64,000 nucleotides of DNA from the NCBI GenBank assembly GCA_032718475.1, contig JAUCBJ010004830.1, forward strand, positions 1 through 64,000, written 5' to 3'. Origin of the DNA: Nemertoderma westbladi. Lineage: Eukaryota > Animalia > Xenacoelomorpha. Both the position numbers and the translations under genes were made by a program. The notes beneath the pieces were generated by a model. That model saw nothing but the letters and a program-made list of their open reading frames with translations, did not search any database and had not been told where the DNA came from. Below are positions 31,846-45,179 of the stretch, in pieces (the first letter of the stretch is position 1; each line of letters opens with the position of its first letter).

Positions 31846-32250
31846 CATGTCCGTGTCTACGGGAGTCCTGAATGCTACGCCGGGTACATTGTGTCAAGTA
31901 CAATGCACACATCTCCAACCAGACACTATATAACATTGGAGTTGTCTCATTGGTTCCCCCAAGCTTGACACTAGAACAAAATCGCCTCCGCTTTGCAGGA
32001 CATTGCTTTCGCCGTGAGGACCAGCCAGTGCATAATCTTGTACTTTGGCAGCCTCATGGAGTGAATAAGCATGGTGGACAGCCCATGACTTTCTTGAGAC
32101 GCATCTTAAAGGACACTGGCCTTAAAGATGCGGATGATCTAGCAAATGTCATGGGTGATAGGGAGTTGTGGCGGTGCAATTTTGTTGACAAGCCAGCACA
32201 GCATTCTTAAAAATGCAGCTGCAATGCAGCATGCCGATCCTAGTAGTAGA
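31846..32250 (+). mobile_element. RTE-clade LINE 3' fragment, copy 2
   Basis: MLRRV..HISNQTLY..RLRFAGHCFR..WQP; ends in tagtagtag. Confidence 0.88.
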
Positions 32251-32399
32251 TAGATGTATACCATGCGAGTCAAGAACGTTTCCGCCCTCAACTCGCTGGC
32301 TTAGTGTGCCACCCATCCGAATAGCGGATGTATAGTTGGATAGTTGTATAGACAACTATTTCATTTCTTCATACTTGGAAAAAAGCACCAAGCAATCGT

Positions 32400-32810
32400 T
32401 TAGACATCATTACCTAGAGTTTGCTCAATTTACCCTCCTATTTTTAGAAGGCAATGTTTTAATTGTGGGTGGCCAGCCATCACAATGAAAGCCCAGGCGC
32501 ATGCCATCATGCAAGATGGATGTCCAAGGATATGCAATCAAAATGCCTTGTTACGATCTGAAATCCAGAATATTTATACAACAGATCAGCTTGATTCAAT
32601 CACCAGCCTGGCTATATTTATATCAGTATTCTTAACTAAAGCCTGGCTGACTTCTACCTCTGTACAGGATGCCACTCAGAACGACCTCGATTTAATGAAG
32701 ATGTTTTTCAAGACAGAGGCTACAGTGGCCAGTCAACTTCAGCTCACTTGTTGGTGCTGCTCGCAATAAGTTGGAAAACTACTTGTGGTATTTATCTGAA
32801 CGCCTTGTAA
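32400..32810 (+). pseudogene. DNA transposase fragment (hATm-like)
   Basis: Manual translation gives PGACHHARWMSK (~32493-32530), F...KAW...DA..NDL and YLWYLSERLV. Confidence 0.7.
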
Positions 32811-33240
32811 CCCATATACTGTATATTACTGCATTATCTAAACCCACCCTCGACCCATATAGACTACTGCAACCTGCATATATCTAAACCCACCCTCCAC
32901 CCATATAGACTACTGCTACTTGCATATATCTAAACCCACCCTCGACCTATATAGACTACTGCATGTTGCATGTATCTAAACCCACACTCCACCTATATAC
33001 TGTACATTACTGCATTATCTATAAATCTACCCTCCAACCATATACATTACAGCATGTATCTAAACCCACCCTCCACCTATATACTGTACATTATTGCATT
33101 ATCTATAAAGCCACCCTCCACCCATATACATTACAGCATGTATCTAAACCCACCCTCCACCTATATACTGTACATTACTGCATTATCTATAAACCCACCC
33201 TCCACCCATATACATTACTGCATGTATCTAAAACCACCTT
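32810..33240. repeat. ~40-bp minisatellite with alternating (dimeric) variants
   Basis: atctaaacccaccctccacc(t/c)atata..actgca repeated about 10 times. Confidence 0.9.
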
Positions 33241-33559
33241 CCCCCCCACCCACCCTATGTCTAATACTTTTTATTTTACCCACTAAAAACGTTTAACAAA
33301 TTATTATTGACGTTTTCCGTCATTTATCTGCCAGCAACATTATTTTAATATAAAAATGTAAAAATAAAAATTATAAAATTGCAGATAAAGAACGAAAGAG
33401 TGCCTAGATAGTAGATACCTATCCTACATAATGGTACAAAAATGTAATGAATATAAGTAAATTTTAAAAAGAAATAAGCAACACTTACTTTTTAGTCCCA
33501 ATGTATAGCACATTTAAATGGTACAGACTGCTATGCCTTGATGTGTTTCTAAGTTGTGA

Positions 33560-33990
33560 CCTGAAAGCTGGTTTTCCCCTTGCAATGGTTCTGATGGAGT
33601 AACAGTCGCAGGTAAAATTCATAACCAGACAAAGGATGGACAGTGTGAACATGCCTGACTTTGAAACTGCGCTTACGTTTGTGCCACTTCTTCGTAGAGT
33701 GGTTAAACGTAATTTTTTTTTGGAAAATCTATGTAGGAAACATCAGTCCCAGGATTGGTGGCGTTATAGTTAAAGAAGGCTGTTAATTCAGTGTTGTGCG
33801 ACTTCTCTGAAATAACATTTTGAAGATCAGCCTCCTGGCATAATATTACCATTTGATCATTCTCCAGATAAATTCGGAGAGCCTGAACGGGGGAATCTGC
33901 TGCGTGATTTTGAAGCCTTGCGCCATGCAGCCTCCGGGGCGCCGATGTAATGCATATTCTGGTAGCTGGTGAACACGTTGACATCCATGG
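33560..33990 (-). pseudogene. Canonical Helitron1 RepHel fragment (Rep-helicase linker)
   Basis: YIGAPEAAWR, VQALRIYLENDQ, TELTAFFNYN, YIDFP, VHP..GYEFYLRLLL across shifted frames. Confidence 0.8.
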
Positions 33991-34435
33991 CATCAAGCAT
34001 GAGCAGAAAATGGGTGGGGCTCAACCTTCTTATTCTCTGCATCCCAAATCGCTGGCAGGCGGATGTCCCCTTCGATTACCCATGTCTGGTCCAACCCCCG
34101 CCGGTAGCAGGGGCCAGCCGCCCCCTTTAAACCTCGGCACAAGTTGCCCCCACACACCTTCTTCAATGTCATCTAAAAAATACAATATTTATAAATGAGA
34201 TTTATTATTATTCATTATTTATTTTGATTGGTATATTGCTTATTGTTTAGGTAAGTCATTATTTTTTTTTAATAAAGGCAATTCTGCTTAATTTGGTTAT
34301 AAAAATATATGTAATAGAAATTGACAAACTTATCTACTACAATAATTATTATTATTAATCTTTATTTACAAATACGAAATAATATTAACAACAACACAAA
34401 CCCCGGCCCTTAGATGTATCGGACTAAGCCGGGAT

Positions 34436-35830
34436 ACTACTACTACTACTACTACTAGGATCGGCAGCTGCATTGCAGCTGCATTTTTAAGAATGCTGTG
34501 CCGGCTTGTCAACAAAATTGCACCGCCACAACTCCCTATCACCCATGACATTTGCTAGATCATCCGCATCTTTAAGGCCAGTGTCCTTTAAGATGTGTCT
34601 CAAGAAAGTCATGGGCTGTCCACCATGCTTATTCACTCCATGAGGCTGCCAAAGTACAAGATTATGCACTGGCTGGTCCTCACGGCGAAAGCAATGTCCT
34701 GCAAAGCGGAGGCGATTTTGTTCTAGTGTCAAGCTTGGGGGAACCAATGAGACAACTCCAATGTTATATAGTGTCTGGTTGGAGATGTGTGCATTGTACT
34801 TGACACAATGTACCCGGCGTAGCATTCAGGACTCCCGTAGACACGGACATGGACTCCCGTAGAGGAGTACTGGAACTACTGTTGCTCTAAATAATCGGAC
34901 CTTAAGTTTCTGATTAATTCTCTGTGACTTCCAAATCCTGGAAAGCCTATTCAAGGCTGCCCATGCCTTTCCCTTACGTATTCGAAGTCGTCCACATGCT
35001 CAAGCATACCATCCTTTGAGCTTATGCTCATCCGATCAGAGACTTGCTGAGGACTTTCAAAGTTAACTGTCAGAATTTTGGTCTTTCTGGAGTTAATAAA
35101 AAGACCAACACTAAAAGCAGCATGTTCTAATGAGCTGAGGAGCCGTTGGGCTCCCTCTAATGATTCTGAGAGTACTCCTAAGTCATCAGCAAAGTCTAGA
35201 TCAGTTAGGTACTTGGCAGGATTTCCTCGACTTCTGGAGCCAGTAGGTGGAGTTATCATCACCCCATCATCATTATAATGATCTAAGGACATGTGTAGAA
35301 CATAGTCAACCACAAGAATGAACAAGAATGGTGCAAGTGTGTCTCCTTGGAGGACGCCCCATAACACTTCAAATGGTTCTGTGTCACCGTCAACAGTAGA
35401 CACAAATGTTGTCGAACCATCGTATACTGATCTGATTGCTGCAATAATTTCATCAGGAATCCCATATAATGAAAGTATGCTGAACATACGTGAGCGAGAT
35501 ACTGAATCAAAGGCCTTGAAGAAGTCAACAAAGATAACAGCCAGATGCCTGTCTTTCTTTTTTGATAACTCTTCAATTATCCTTCTAAGTGCCAAAATGG
35601 GCTCCATGGTCCCACGACCTTTACGGAACCCATTCTGATTTCCACGGAGCAGTCTCTCAATGGGATCCCTGATGCGATTTAATAGAATCCTATTGTATAG
35701 CTTTGCAGCAATCGAGATCAATGAGATTCCCCGAAAAGAACCATAGAGTGTTAGGTTGCCCTTTTTGGGAACTGGCACCAACTTATTTGTTTTCATTTCT
35801 TGTGGGACTCTTGTTGTTCGGTACATGTCT
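34436..35830 (-). mobile_element. RTE-clade LINE, 5'-truncated (RT + C-terminus + TAG tail), copy 3
   Basis: PKKG..RGISL, QNGFR, FVDFFKAFDSV, GVLQGDTLAPFLF, LDFADD; (tac)n on the plus strand at ~34436-34458. Confidence 0.92.
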
Positions 35831-37145
35831 ACTATGATGGGATAGAGCTGTAGCTAGAGCTGTAAGCAGATTCAATTCCATTGCATTATCCACCAGAAAA
35901 TGGGACCAGTGGCATTTTACCAATATAGTTGGGGATACGAGATTACCAATAATAATCTCGCCTCATAACCAACTTTGGGGGGGGGGGGGGCGACACAATC
36001 TCTAAAGCCACAGAGAGAGGTGAGAGGTCAAACTACCTCGGAGGGAGAACACAGCTAGTAGAGGCTAGCGACGGGGGGAAACACTCACAGGGAGTGCCAA
36101 AGTGACAATTAGTATATAAGCAAATAGCAGGCAGGGAAGTACGTGATCAGAGATAGGAAAGCATCCACTGGGTACAGAAGGCCAAGTAGAGTAAGAGGTG
36201 TAACCACTATCTGTGTGTATCAATCATATATTATTCTTTATTACTGATTGCATTTACATTTATTATGTAGATTCAACGTTCAGACAAACGCACTAAGATA
36301 CCGCACCAGTAAGTTTGAAATGCTCAAACTTGTAAAATAGGAATGTAAAATTGTTCTTATGAGCTGTAGGATTTTTTGAGATATGCATGACATGCTGACA
36401 TGAGCTTCGCGATTTTGTATGATTATGATGAGGTGCGCAACGAGCTAATTTCAGGTGCGCGGTGATCTCGAAACAACAAAGCTGCGGGCTCATGCATCCA
36501 ATTCAATCCATTCCAACCTGGCCTGCCAGCAGCCCTAATTACAATAGCCTACCGAACCGGTACCGGATACTTTTTATATTTATTATTTAGGCCTGATTAA
36601 TTGCGATTAATTGCTATTGATTGCGATTACTATTATTATTATTATTTGATATTATTTTATTATTTATTTACGTGGTTGTGATAGAACCTTACTCGAACCT
36701 TTGGTGGATTGTCATCGATTCGCTTGGCTTCTTCTTCCAGTTCTGTAGAAGCTATTGTGACTTCACTTTTTGATTGTTGTATTTTATCGCTGTGCGTCGT
36801 GGAACACTAAACGTTTGAGCATCTATTTGCTTTATTCATTTAGGTTAGTCTAACAGTTCTAAGTCCAACTGTAATACAGTAATAGCCTACTGTAAACCAC
36901 TTCTTTGAACTTTTTCTTTGAAATTAGCATGAAGGACGTCAATGCATGGTCCCCACCACATCAACTACTAGCAACAACCCCAACCCTGCGACAACCCAAG
37001 CCAGTACAGCTGCGGTGCAATCAACAGAGACAACGAACGTCCGTGATAAAACTGTTAAACCACCATCAAAGTCTTCCTCCGGGAAGGTTGGTAACAAGCC
37101 ACGTCAGCCACATAACATAACATCACAAAGTAATACTACTGTAGT

Positions 37146-37360
37146 TCCCACCCATTCTGACTAAATCACCAACAACGTTCCTTCCTGTTCCACCTACATC
37201 ATCCATGGCGTTCCCACCCGTTCCGACTAAATCACCAACAACGTTCCTTCCTGTTCCACCTATGTCATCCATGGCATTCCCACCCATTATGACTAAGTTA
37301 CCCACAACGTTCCTTCCTGTTCCACCTATGTCATCCATAATGTCCCCTCCCATTCCGACT
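37146..37360. repeat. 66-bp tandem repeat, ~3 copies
   Basis: ctaaatcaccaacaacgttccttcctgttccaccta.. at 37161, 37227 and 37293. Confidence 0.85.
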
Positions 37361-37979
37361 ATATCACACAGAGTTATTTCTTCGAGTTGTTTTCCTTTAA
37401 ACTCACTCATTCTCCCCTCTGAAATCAAAGCCATGAATTTTGAAACTTGGGAAACCTCAATTACATCACTGGAGTTGATATACCTTTTGATGCACATCCA
37501 TGGAATGACCCAAATGGCGACTGAGCCATTCTTTCTCATTTTCTTTCAGACTGACTAATTGACTTACAGTGGCACAATACTTCCTTATTATCTAAGCCTT
37601 CACAAAGATAAAGAAGGAGTTGTCTAATAACAGGTTTGATTAATATTGGTAAGAAAGATAGGTTCAACACTGGGGACTCCTCTTGTATCTAAAAAGATAT
37701 TTGTTCCGATCGATTTCGAGATCTTGTCTCCTTATCAAGGACGATACAGTTACTTGAAGGAATTACATAAATGTTACATTACATACTGTATATCAAATTT
37801 AAGTTAATGTTCGTGTCGTTCTATTAAAACATTTGATTAATATTGGGACAGGTTGACATTGCTTGCCCCATATAGTGAGTGATAAGGGACATTATTTTAA
37901 TGAGTTCCTTCTCTAGGGGTCCAATACAAAAATCACTTCTTCAGGAGTATTCTTTGAAGTATCGTGGTTCAAACCTTTC

Positions 37980-39768
37980 TGGTGTTTTTGGTGTTGTTGT
38001 TGAAGATGGAAACATCCGTACTGATCCAAAGAAAGTTCAGGCGATTTACAATTATGTACGCCCAACTACCCCTAAAGAGGTTATGAGCTTCACTGGAATG
38101 TGCTCTTTTTACTCCCGTTTCATTCCTGGATATGCTTCTATTGCTAGTCCTTTATATGCAGCACAAAATCAGCCAGTAGCAAAGTTTGTATGGTCAGAAG
38201 AATGTGAACAGGCATTCCAGGAATTGAAAAACTGTTTATTGAATGATCCGGTTCTATGTCTCCCTGATTTTACAAAACCATTTCGGTTGGAAACAGATGC
38301 ATCTTCAATTGGAATAGGGGTGTATTCGCAGGAGTTCGAAGGAAATTGGCACCCAGTGGCATTTGCTAGTCATAAATTCACTCCAACACAGAGGCATTAT
38401 TCAACGACTGGCAGGGAATTTCTTGCGCTGCATTGGGCAATTCTTAAATTCCATCCATATCTGTATGGTCGTGAGTTTCAAGTATTTACAGACCATACAC
38501 CTTTGTTAAGTATGGTTCGAGGTCGGACACACAATGATAGACAGGCTCGATGGCGTGATAAACTGGCTAGCTATCGATTTGAAATTATTCATAGCCTTGG
38601 TTGTGAAAATGTAATTGCTGATGCATTAAGTCGGTCAGTAATAGATTCAACCCTCAATCCTGAGGCACCAGAGTTCATGTCATCTTATGGGTGTTATGCT
38701 ACTGTAGCAGGAATACAGGATGCAAACTGGGAAGAGCGTCAGTCGAAGGATCCTGCATTAATGGAACTTCTAAACAAAGAATTGCCTACAAATTATTCTA
38801 TTGTTGGAGGCATTATTCGTTATTATAACCGTGTTGTGATTCCAGCTCATGAAGTTTTGGATGTTTTGACATAGTATCATGAAGCTGGGCATTTTGGGGT
38901 TTGTTTGAGGACATGTTTGGGAGATGTTTGAGCATTTTACAATCTGGTTTGTGGTGTCATGATATGCGAAAACATATCCAATCCATTATAAATAGATGTC
39001 GTGTATGTGCTTCCCAGAAAGGTTATAAGCAATTTCATCCACGAACAGAAACATTGCCGACGGCACGTGCAGTCTCGCCCTTTGAATTTGTTGCAATCGA
39101 TTTGGTTGGCCCATTGCCTGTACAGCGCTCAGGATATAGTTGGGTGTTAACTATAATTGACCATGCTACACGATATCTTGTGGCTGTACAGTGTACCTCT
39201 TATTAAAACAGACTCTGCTACTGTTGGGGCGGCATTTTTAGACAACTGGGTTTATAAATTTGGGCCACCTCGTGTATTGCTATCTGATAAAGGTCAAAAC
39301 TTCATTGGTCAGGTGTTTAAGCAGATAATAGATAAAGCTGGTATTGCTCCAAAGCATACAACAGCTTATCATCCGCAAGGCAATGCCATTTGTGAACGGG
39401 TCCATCGAACTTTGAACGACCGTCTAGGATGTATGTCTGGTCCCTGGTATGATAATTTGAATAAAGCAGTATACGAACTTAATCGAGTTGTACATGACGC
39501 TACATGAACATCACCATTGCAGCAAGTTACAGGAGTAATATGTAATCCACCAGTTACTGATTGGCCAGAGCCTTGGACAGAAATGGGGTGTCCAAGGGTG
39601 GGCGATATGGTATTGGTATGGGCACGAGGTGCAGTAAAAAAGTTAAACTCTCAGTGGCATAAACCTGAAATGGTTAGTGAAAGGCCATTTCCAAATGTGG
39701 TTATTCTACAAGATGGTCGATCTGTTCATTTACAGGATGTAAAACTTGTTCATAGTGGTTTCGTTTGA
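37980..39768 (+). mobile_element. Gypsy/Ty3 LTR retrotransposon 3' half (RT connection, RNase H, integrase), degenerate
   Basis: DPKKVQAI, F.GMCSFYSRFI, LETDAS, EFLAL, FTDH, ADALSR; HEAGHFG..CRVC; IDLVGP, SDKG, ERVHRTL. Confidence 0.92.
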
Positions 39769-40021
39769 GGGGGAAGTGTGTGAGGTGTGTCTTTGTGAGG
39801 TTTTGGTGTTGGGTTTTGTACCGGTGGCTGTTATCTTTGTATATTGATTAGGCCTATCTGCTAGTGCCGTTTATTAGTGTATTATCTATATGTAGTATGA
39901 AGTATAGTACCAGTATATAAATATCAGATGTTATAACATCTTAATATTATATATCTGAGATAGACGGTTTTGGCATACAAATGTCTATGAAAACATAAAA
40001 GCAAATACGCTATATCTCACA
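39767..40021 (+). repeat. PPT and probable 3' LTR of the Gypsy element (LTR ~39779-40021)
   Basis: gagggggaag right after the integrase stop, then TGTGAG...CTCACA inverted termini. No second LTR in the window. Confidence 0.65.
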
Positions 40022-40089
40022 TTACACTATGTAGATAGGAGTTTCAGTTAAAAATATGCCATTCAAAGAATTATATGACTATAACTTAC

Positions 40090-43000
40090 CTAATGACATC
40101 ATTTCACAGGATTTCCACCAATCAGGAATCAAATATGACAGGCCTGGAATGAGAATATGACAGGGCTGGAAAAGCTTCTGCCACTTAGCAATATCTCTAA
40201 CAACCTCAGGAATCCCAGAAGCCGCATATAATCTGGCAACTTCTTGATAACAACTAGTTGGCCCTGAGTGAAAGTGTGAGCGCTGGCCAGCACGTTGTAA
40301 GTGAGACGCATCACTGCTCCAACAGCCACAAACAGCTTCCTCGCTTCCCTCACCTCCTTATCGAGTTGGTCGGAGACCCAGTCAGTGGCTGGCTCCCAGT
40401 TGCCGAGGTGGTTTTCAAATTCATCAACAGCAGTGTAGGTGGCAGATTGAAGGCGCTGCCTCTGTGGACAAACTTGTTCGATGTAAGCTGCAGTCGTGGC
40501 TTCCTCTGCTTTCTTCTTCCCGACAATTCGAGTGGCGTTGAGGGGAGTGTCCTCCCAGGAGTCCACAAAGTTGCAGGATTCGCTGAGGATGTTGATGGCC
40601 TGATCGATATCACCCTCAGTGGGAGTGTGTAGGATGACTCTGAGAAGATCGAGGAGAGCCTGGAACCGAAGGTCACCTGCTGAGTGGACATAGTGGGCGA
40701 GTTTTGCTACCTTGAAGATGGTGAGGAATTGTGGAGACAGCCAGACTTGCTGATATTGTTGGCAGTTGTAAATGATCACCCGAACATAAAATGAGTTTGC
40801 CACCGTAGGGAAGTTTAGTACCGGTGACTTTCTTACAAATCATGTCGAGCAATGCTAATTGTTCGGCACAAAAGAGACCAATCTCATCTATAAAAATAAC
40901 TTCGAGTCTATTCAAGACAGACAACCTTGTTGGACTTGAGGCTAAATTAAAGAGGCACTTTTCAGACATTGGTTGTGCCTGTATTTTATTTCTGTCTCCA
41001 CGCATGGCTATGAGTTTGTGGTAATGGACACCACCGAGCTCTGAGGCTTTATTTCCTGTTATGGCAGTCATTGTAATTTTTAAATTTTTAGATAATGCAT
41101 AGGCTACAGCATTTAGCATTACCCAGGTCTTACCTGTTCCTGGGGCCCCACAGATTAAAATGGGTTTTACAAATTTGGTGTTGTGTTCGTAATATGAATC
41201 AATTGACTCACAGCAAAGTTTAAGACTTTGTTGCTGTTCTTGAATAGAATCGAGAGATTGGTCTCTTGTTTGGGTGATTTGAGGCCGCCAGTTCGATGAG
41301 TGGTCCATTACTTCAGGATCATAATTTAAGGGTAATGGCACCTTTTTCTCTTTTAATGCATCAGTAATATTTTTCCGAAACGTTTTTTCAATAACCTGTA
41401 CTTCCCGTGAAATTTTCTCTCGGAATAAATTTTCTTGAGCCAAAGGTAGACTGGAATAATTTAATTCCTCACCACGTAAAAGAGATGTCAAAACGTTGTC
41501 GGCTGTCTCCAACATTCTTTCAAACTGGCGTGTACTAATGGGGTAGTGGGCCAGTTGGTCTACAAGGTAGTGGCGGCGAAGGTTTCTGATGTCATCCTCG
41601 GTGACATTGGCTGCGTCAGGAATAAGACCACAGCGCTGAAAAGCAACTAATAAATTTGGTGCCGAATATAGGTAAGTTCCGTTTGAAACTTACCCATAGT
41701 CAGCATCAAATGGATTAGGAACTTTTCAGGCTGGAACGGGGTTATATTGGAAAGGACAACAACAATCGGTGTGGTGGAGGTTTCATCGACGAAAAAGTTG
41801 ATGGTCTCGTCGTTTCCGTCCATGATCGGTTGGAAAATGTCCCGCATTAAGTCCGACGCTAGAGGGACACCTAAGTTTACTTGGTCTTTAAGATATTGGT
41901 GGGCGATCTGAATATCTGACTTTCAAAGTAGGATACGTTTGCCGAGCCCATCAACCCATATAGAGTCAGCCAAAATATAATCCAACTCATAATTTGAAGA
42001 AATATAAACTTCTATGAAACATTTGTTATAAATTTCTAAGTTATCAAAGGGTTAGTTCGGGGGGCCTTAAATTAAATTTTTTAATGCGATCTGGGTGATA
42101 TGTACTATTGAAGAAATCATTTAGTAATATTTCTTGGGATGGGGTGAATTTTCGGAGAGGGGCTAAATTTTCACTTTTAGTAATTGAAACCAGTGATTGG
42201 TTTTCATCAACCAGTTTCTTTATCTTCTGCCAAGGAAATTCGTTGACTACAGCAGGTCTATTTTCAGGGGCTAAGGTAGTGATGTGGGTGAAGTCAACAT
42301 TTGTATTGAAATATTCGAAATCCAAGCTATGCCATATTGTTTCATAAACACTGATGTTACGTGTCATGTACCCCTTATTTTTTTTATCCCTTTTTTGTTC
42401 TGCCACCCGCGCTCCTGTAATTTTTTCATTGACCTGCCCCCTCGCTTCCCCCTCAAACACCCCCGGTTCCTTTGTTTCCTTAACAATATGTTTTTTATGT
42501 TCTTCTTTCCCGGCAGCGTATTTTAATAAATACGATTTCTGGAATCGCGAATTAACTACTTGCACATTGCAAGCAGCTCGCATAATAACAAACAAACGTG
42601 GTACCGTCGGTGTGAAAAACTCAGAGCCCATTGCTGGGTAAGTGTGTATTCCAGCAATAAACATTGGGTTCAACCAGGGGTCTGTCACATCTTCATTCCT
42701 GTATCCTGCCAATCCAAGATCTACTAATTTATTGAAAGTTTTTTCTGTATATAAGTTTTCGTGTTCTATAAAACCATATTCCCCAGAATCTGGATATTTT
42801 TTGTATCTACAAATAAACTTCCCTTCACTGTCAGTTCGTTTTTCGCAACGCCCCCCCCCCCCCCGCTTTTTTGCAATCGTGAGTCTGAAAAAGTTGAAAT
42901 TTATTTAAAAACTCCCCATAATCATTAAAATCCCTAATGAGCCCATCCCTTAATAGCGTTGCGTAATCTGTATTAAAATCTTCATGGAACAAACTCTTGG

Positions 43001-43640
43001 ATTGGCAGCAAACACGTTTCTGATGATCTAGAGTGGTTTCACCCGGATGTAAGGAAAGTCCCATATGAACATGGGGTTTGTTACCTAGAGCACTTTGGCT
43101 TTGGAATTCATACCTCCACCATATCCTTTTAATTTTGCCCATTGGCTTTTGCGGACTGTATTGGATCCAGTCTACAACATGGCTTACAGTCCAATGCCAA
43201 ACCTGGGCGAGACGCACACCGAACTTTCGAGTTTCTCTTGGAAAAACTCGGTATGGCCGTACACTTCTTTAATTCTATTATAAAGAGGGGCGACGCCTGG
43301 TGTTTCTGAATCATTACAAGTGAATGTAACAAAGTAATCCCAGGGCGCCTCCCTCGTCAGGGCTGCGAGTTCCTTTAATTTTCTACGAGAATCTGCGTCG
43401 TCAAAATTTATCTTACTTTCTTGCAACTTAAACTCAGCAGTTCTCTTGGTTAGAAACTCAAGCCCTTTAGTAAGAGCTAAAACTGCTGAGTTAGAGTTTA
43501 ACTGCGGGTTAAGTAGAACATAAAAAACAAACCCTACATAAGGCAGACACCTAGAGGTATGCAAAGACCCATCCCTTAACCTTATACCTAAATGGTCCTC
43601 TAGGGTCTTCCAACAACATCCAACGGAAATTTCAAACACT
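40090..43640 (-). mobile_element. Atypical Helitron-like HUH Rep + PIF1 helicase, frameshifted
   Basis: Rep motif 1 YFVTFTCN, motif 2 YEFQSQSALGNKPHVH, motif 3 SYLLKY; helicase GAPGTGKT, FIDEIG, GDHLQLP, MRLTYN..QGQL. Confidence 0.85.
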
Positions 43641-44200
43641 TTCAGACGAAGAGAGTACTATAGCATTAAAGGAGTATTATATGAGTAGTGACTGCGATGA
43701 TGACAATAATGATAAGGAAATACTTCAGGAGTATTTCAACGAAAGGAATTTTGATGAAGATGTTTTTAACGTATTAATGGACAACATGAGTCCTGCCATG
43801 GATAATGTAAATACAGATAAAACTGATTATAACAAGGATAAGAATAACTATATTGAAATTGAAGATGTCCTAAATACAGGGCGGGCAGTAAAGACCCAGT
43901 ATTGTATATATTGTTCGGTGGAACAATCTAATTTAATTCACCAATTAAAGTTAAAACATTCAAATGAGCTGGATATCTAGGAGTTAGAAAGACTAGGTAG
44001 TTAGTTGCATTGTTTTTACAAAAAAAGGACAGATTGGAGTATAGAGGAACATCGGTTTGTACCGGTACCTAAGAATGTAGCAGCTAGGCCTAGTGACACT
44101 CTGACATGCCTACCTTCAGACTTTACGACCCTCAAACTATAAACTAACTTAATTAAATAACAATTCGCATTACTCCAGGAATCTCACGAAGTTCCGAATT

Positions 44201-45139
44201 ATGGCCCCACCTACCACTACTGGGGCTGGAAAAAAAACGACGGATTCTCCCGAACTTGCGGCACAAATGTCCACAGGCTTCCGAGAATTGTCTCTAAAGA
44301 TAGACCACTTCCAGAATGAAAATAAACTTCTACACGATAAATCGAATACAATCCTCTCTCGTATCATTAACCGAGTGAATGATGCTAATGAAATTCAATT
44401 TAAACACAGCAGTATTATGACAACCATGTTTCTTAACTCAGATCAGTTGGAACAATACAGACGGCGGCACAATGTCCTAATCCACGGAATTCCAGATAAC
44501 AGTACCGAAACCGCCAACCACACACTAAATAAAATCATTCCCACTCTAGAACTTCTCAAACTCAACATCGATTCTGTGGATATTTGTCATCGAATTGGAT
44601 GTCACGACTCGACGAACACGCTTTCGGATGGCCGGGTGAAAAGCCGACCAATTATTGTTCGATTCGGTGGTCACCGGGAGCGCGAGAAGGTATTTACAAA
44701 CACTAAAGATCTCCCAGAGGAGATTTATATAACCGACCATTTGACACCATTCAGGTCTAACCTCCTGCAATACATAAAGATTTTAAAATTTAAGAAACTG
44801 ATCGCCGCCACTGCAGTACATCGTGGCCAGATAATGGCCAAAATCTCCGCCTCCGATCGGTTTATAACTATCCGTCACTACGAGGACGTCCGGTTCAAAC
44901 TGCTCAAAGGAAAGCGAGAATCGGAGAAGGTCCCCTCGACGGCAAGTATAATGGAGAAAGATATCGACCGCTATAATCTCCCAACTACGTGTGACGCTCT
45001 CGACTGGGGACACGAGTACAACAATGTAGAAAACGACTGGAACCACGTTCCCGATAGAGCCCCTGGACGATCAGGTTTGCGTTCGGCCTCGGCCACCCCA
45101 GCCGGTAGCTATTACTCCCCCCTCGAACTTGGAGAATAA
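44201..45139 (+). CDS. LINE ORF1p (coiled coil + RRM + C-terminal domain)
   Basis: LEQYRRRHNVLIHGIPD, ICHRIG, RPIIVRF, IYITDHLT; intact frame. Confidence 0.88.
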   Translation: MAPPTTTGAGKKTTDSPELAAQMSTGFRELSLKIDHFQNENKLLHDKSNTILSRIINRVNDANEIQFKHSSIMTTMFLNSDQLEQYRRRHNVLIHGIPDNSTETANHTLNKIIPTLELLKLNIDSVDICHRIGCHDSTNTLSDGRVKSRPIIVRFGGHREREKVFTNTKDLPEEIYITDHLTPFRSNLLQYIKILKFKKLIAATAVHRGQIMAKISASDRFITIRHYEDVRFKLLKGKRESEKVPSTASIMEKDIDRYNLPTTCDALDWGHEYNNVENDWNHVPDRAPGRSGLRSASATPAGSYYSPLELGE

Positions 45140-45179
45140 TCGTATTTCAAATAAGTTAAAATCGTTCTAAATCTAAATT

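Noticed and set aside
31264-33296. Cys/His-rich repeat ORFs (CPFC.., HYC..)
   Set aside because: Translations of 37-bp and ~40-bp minisatellites.
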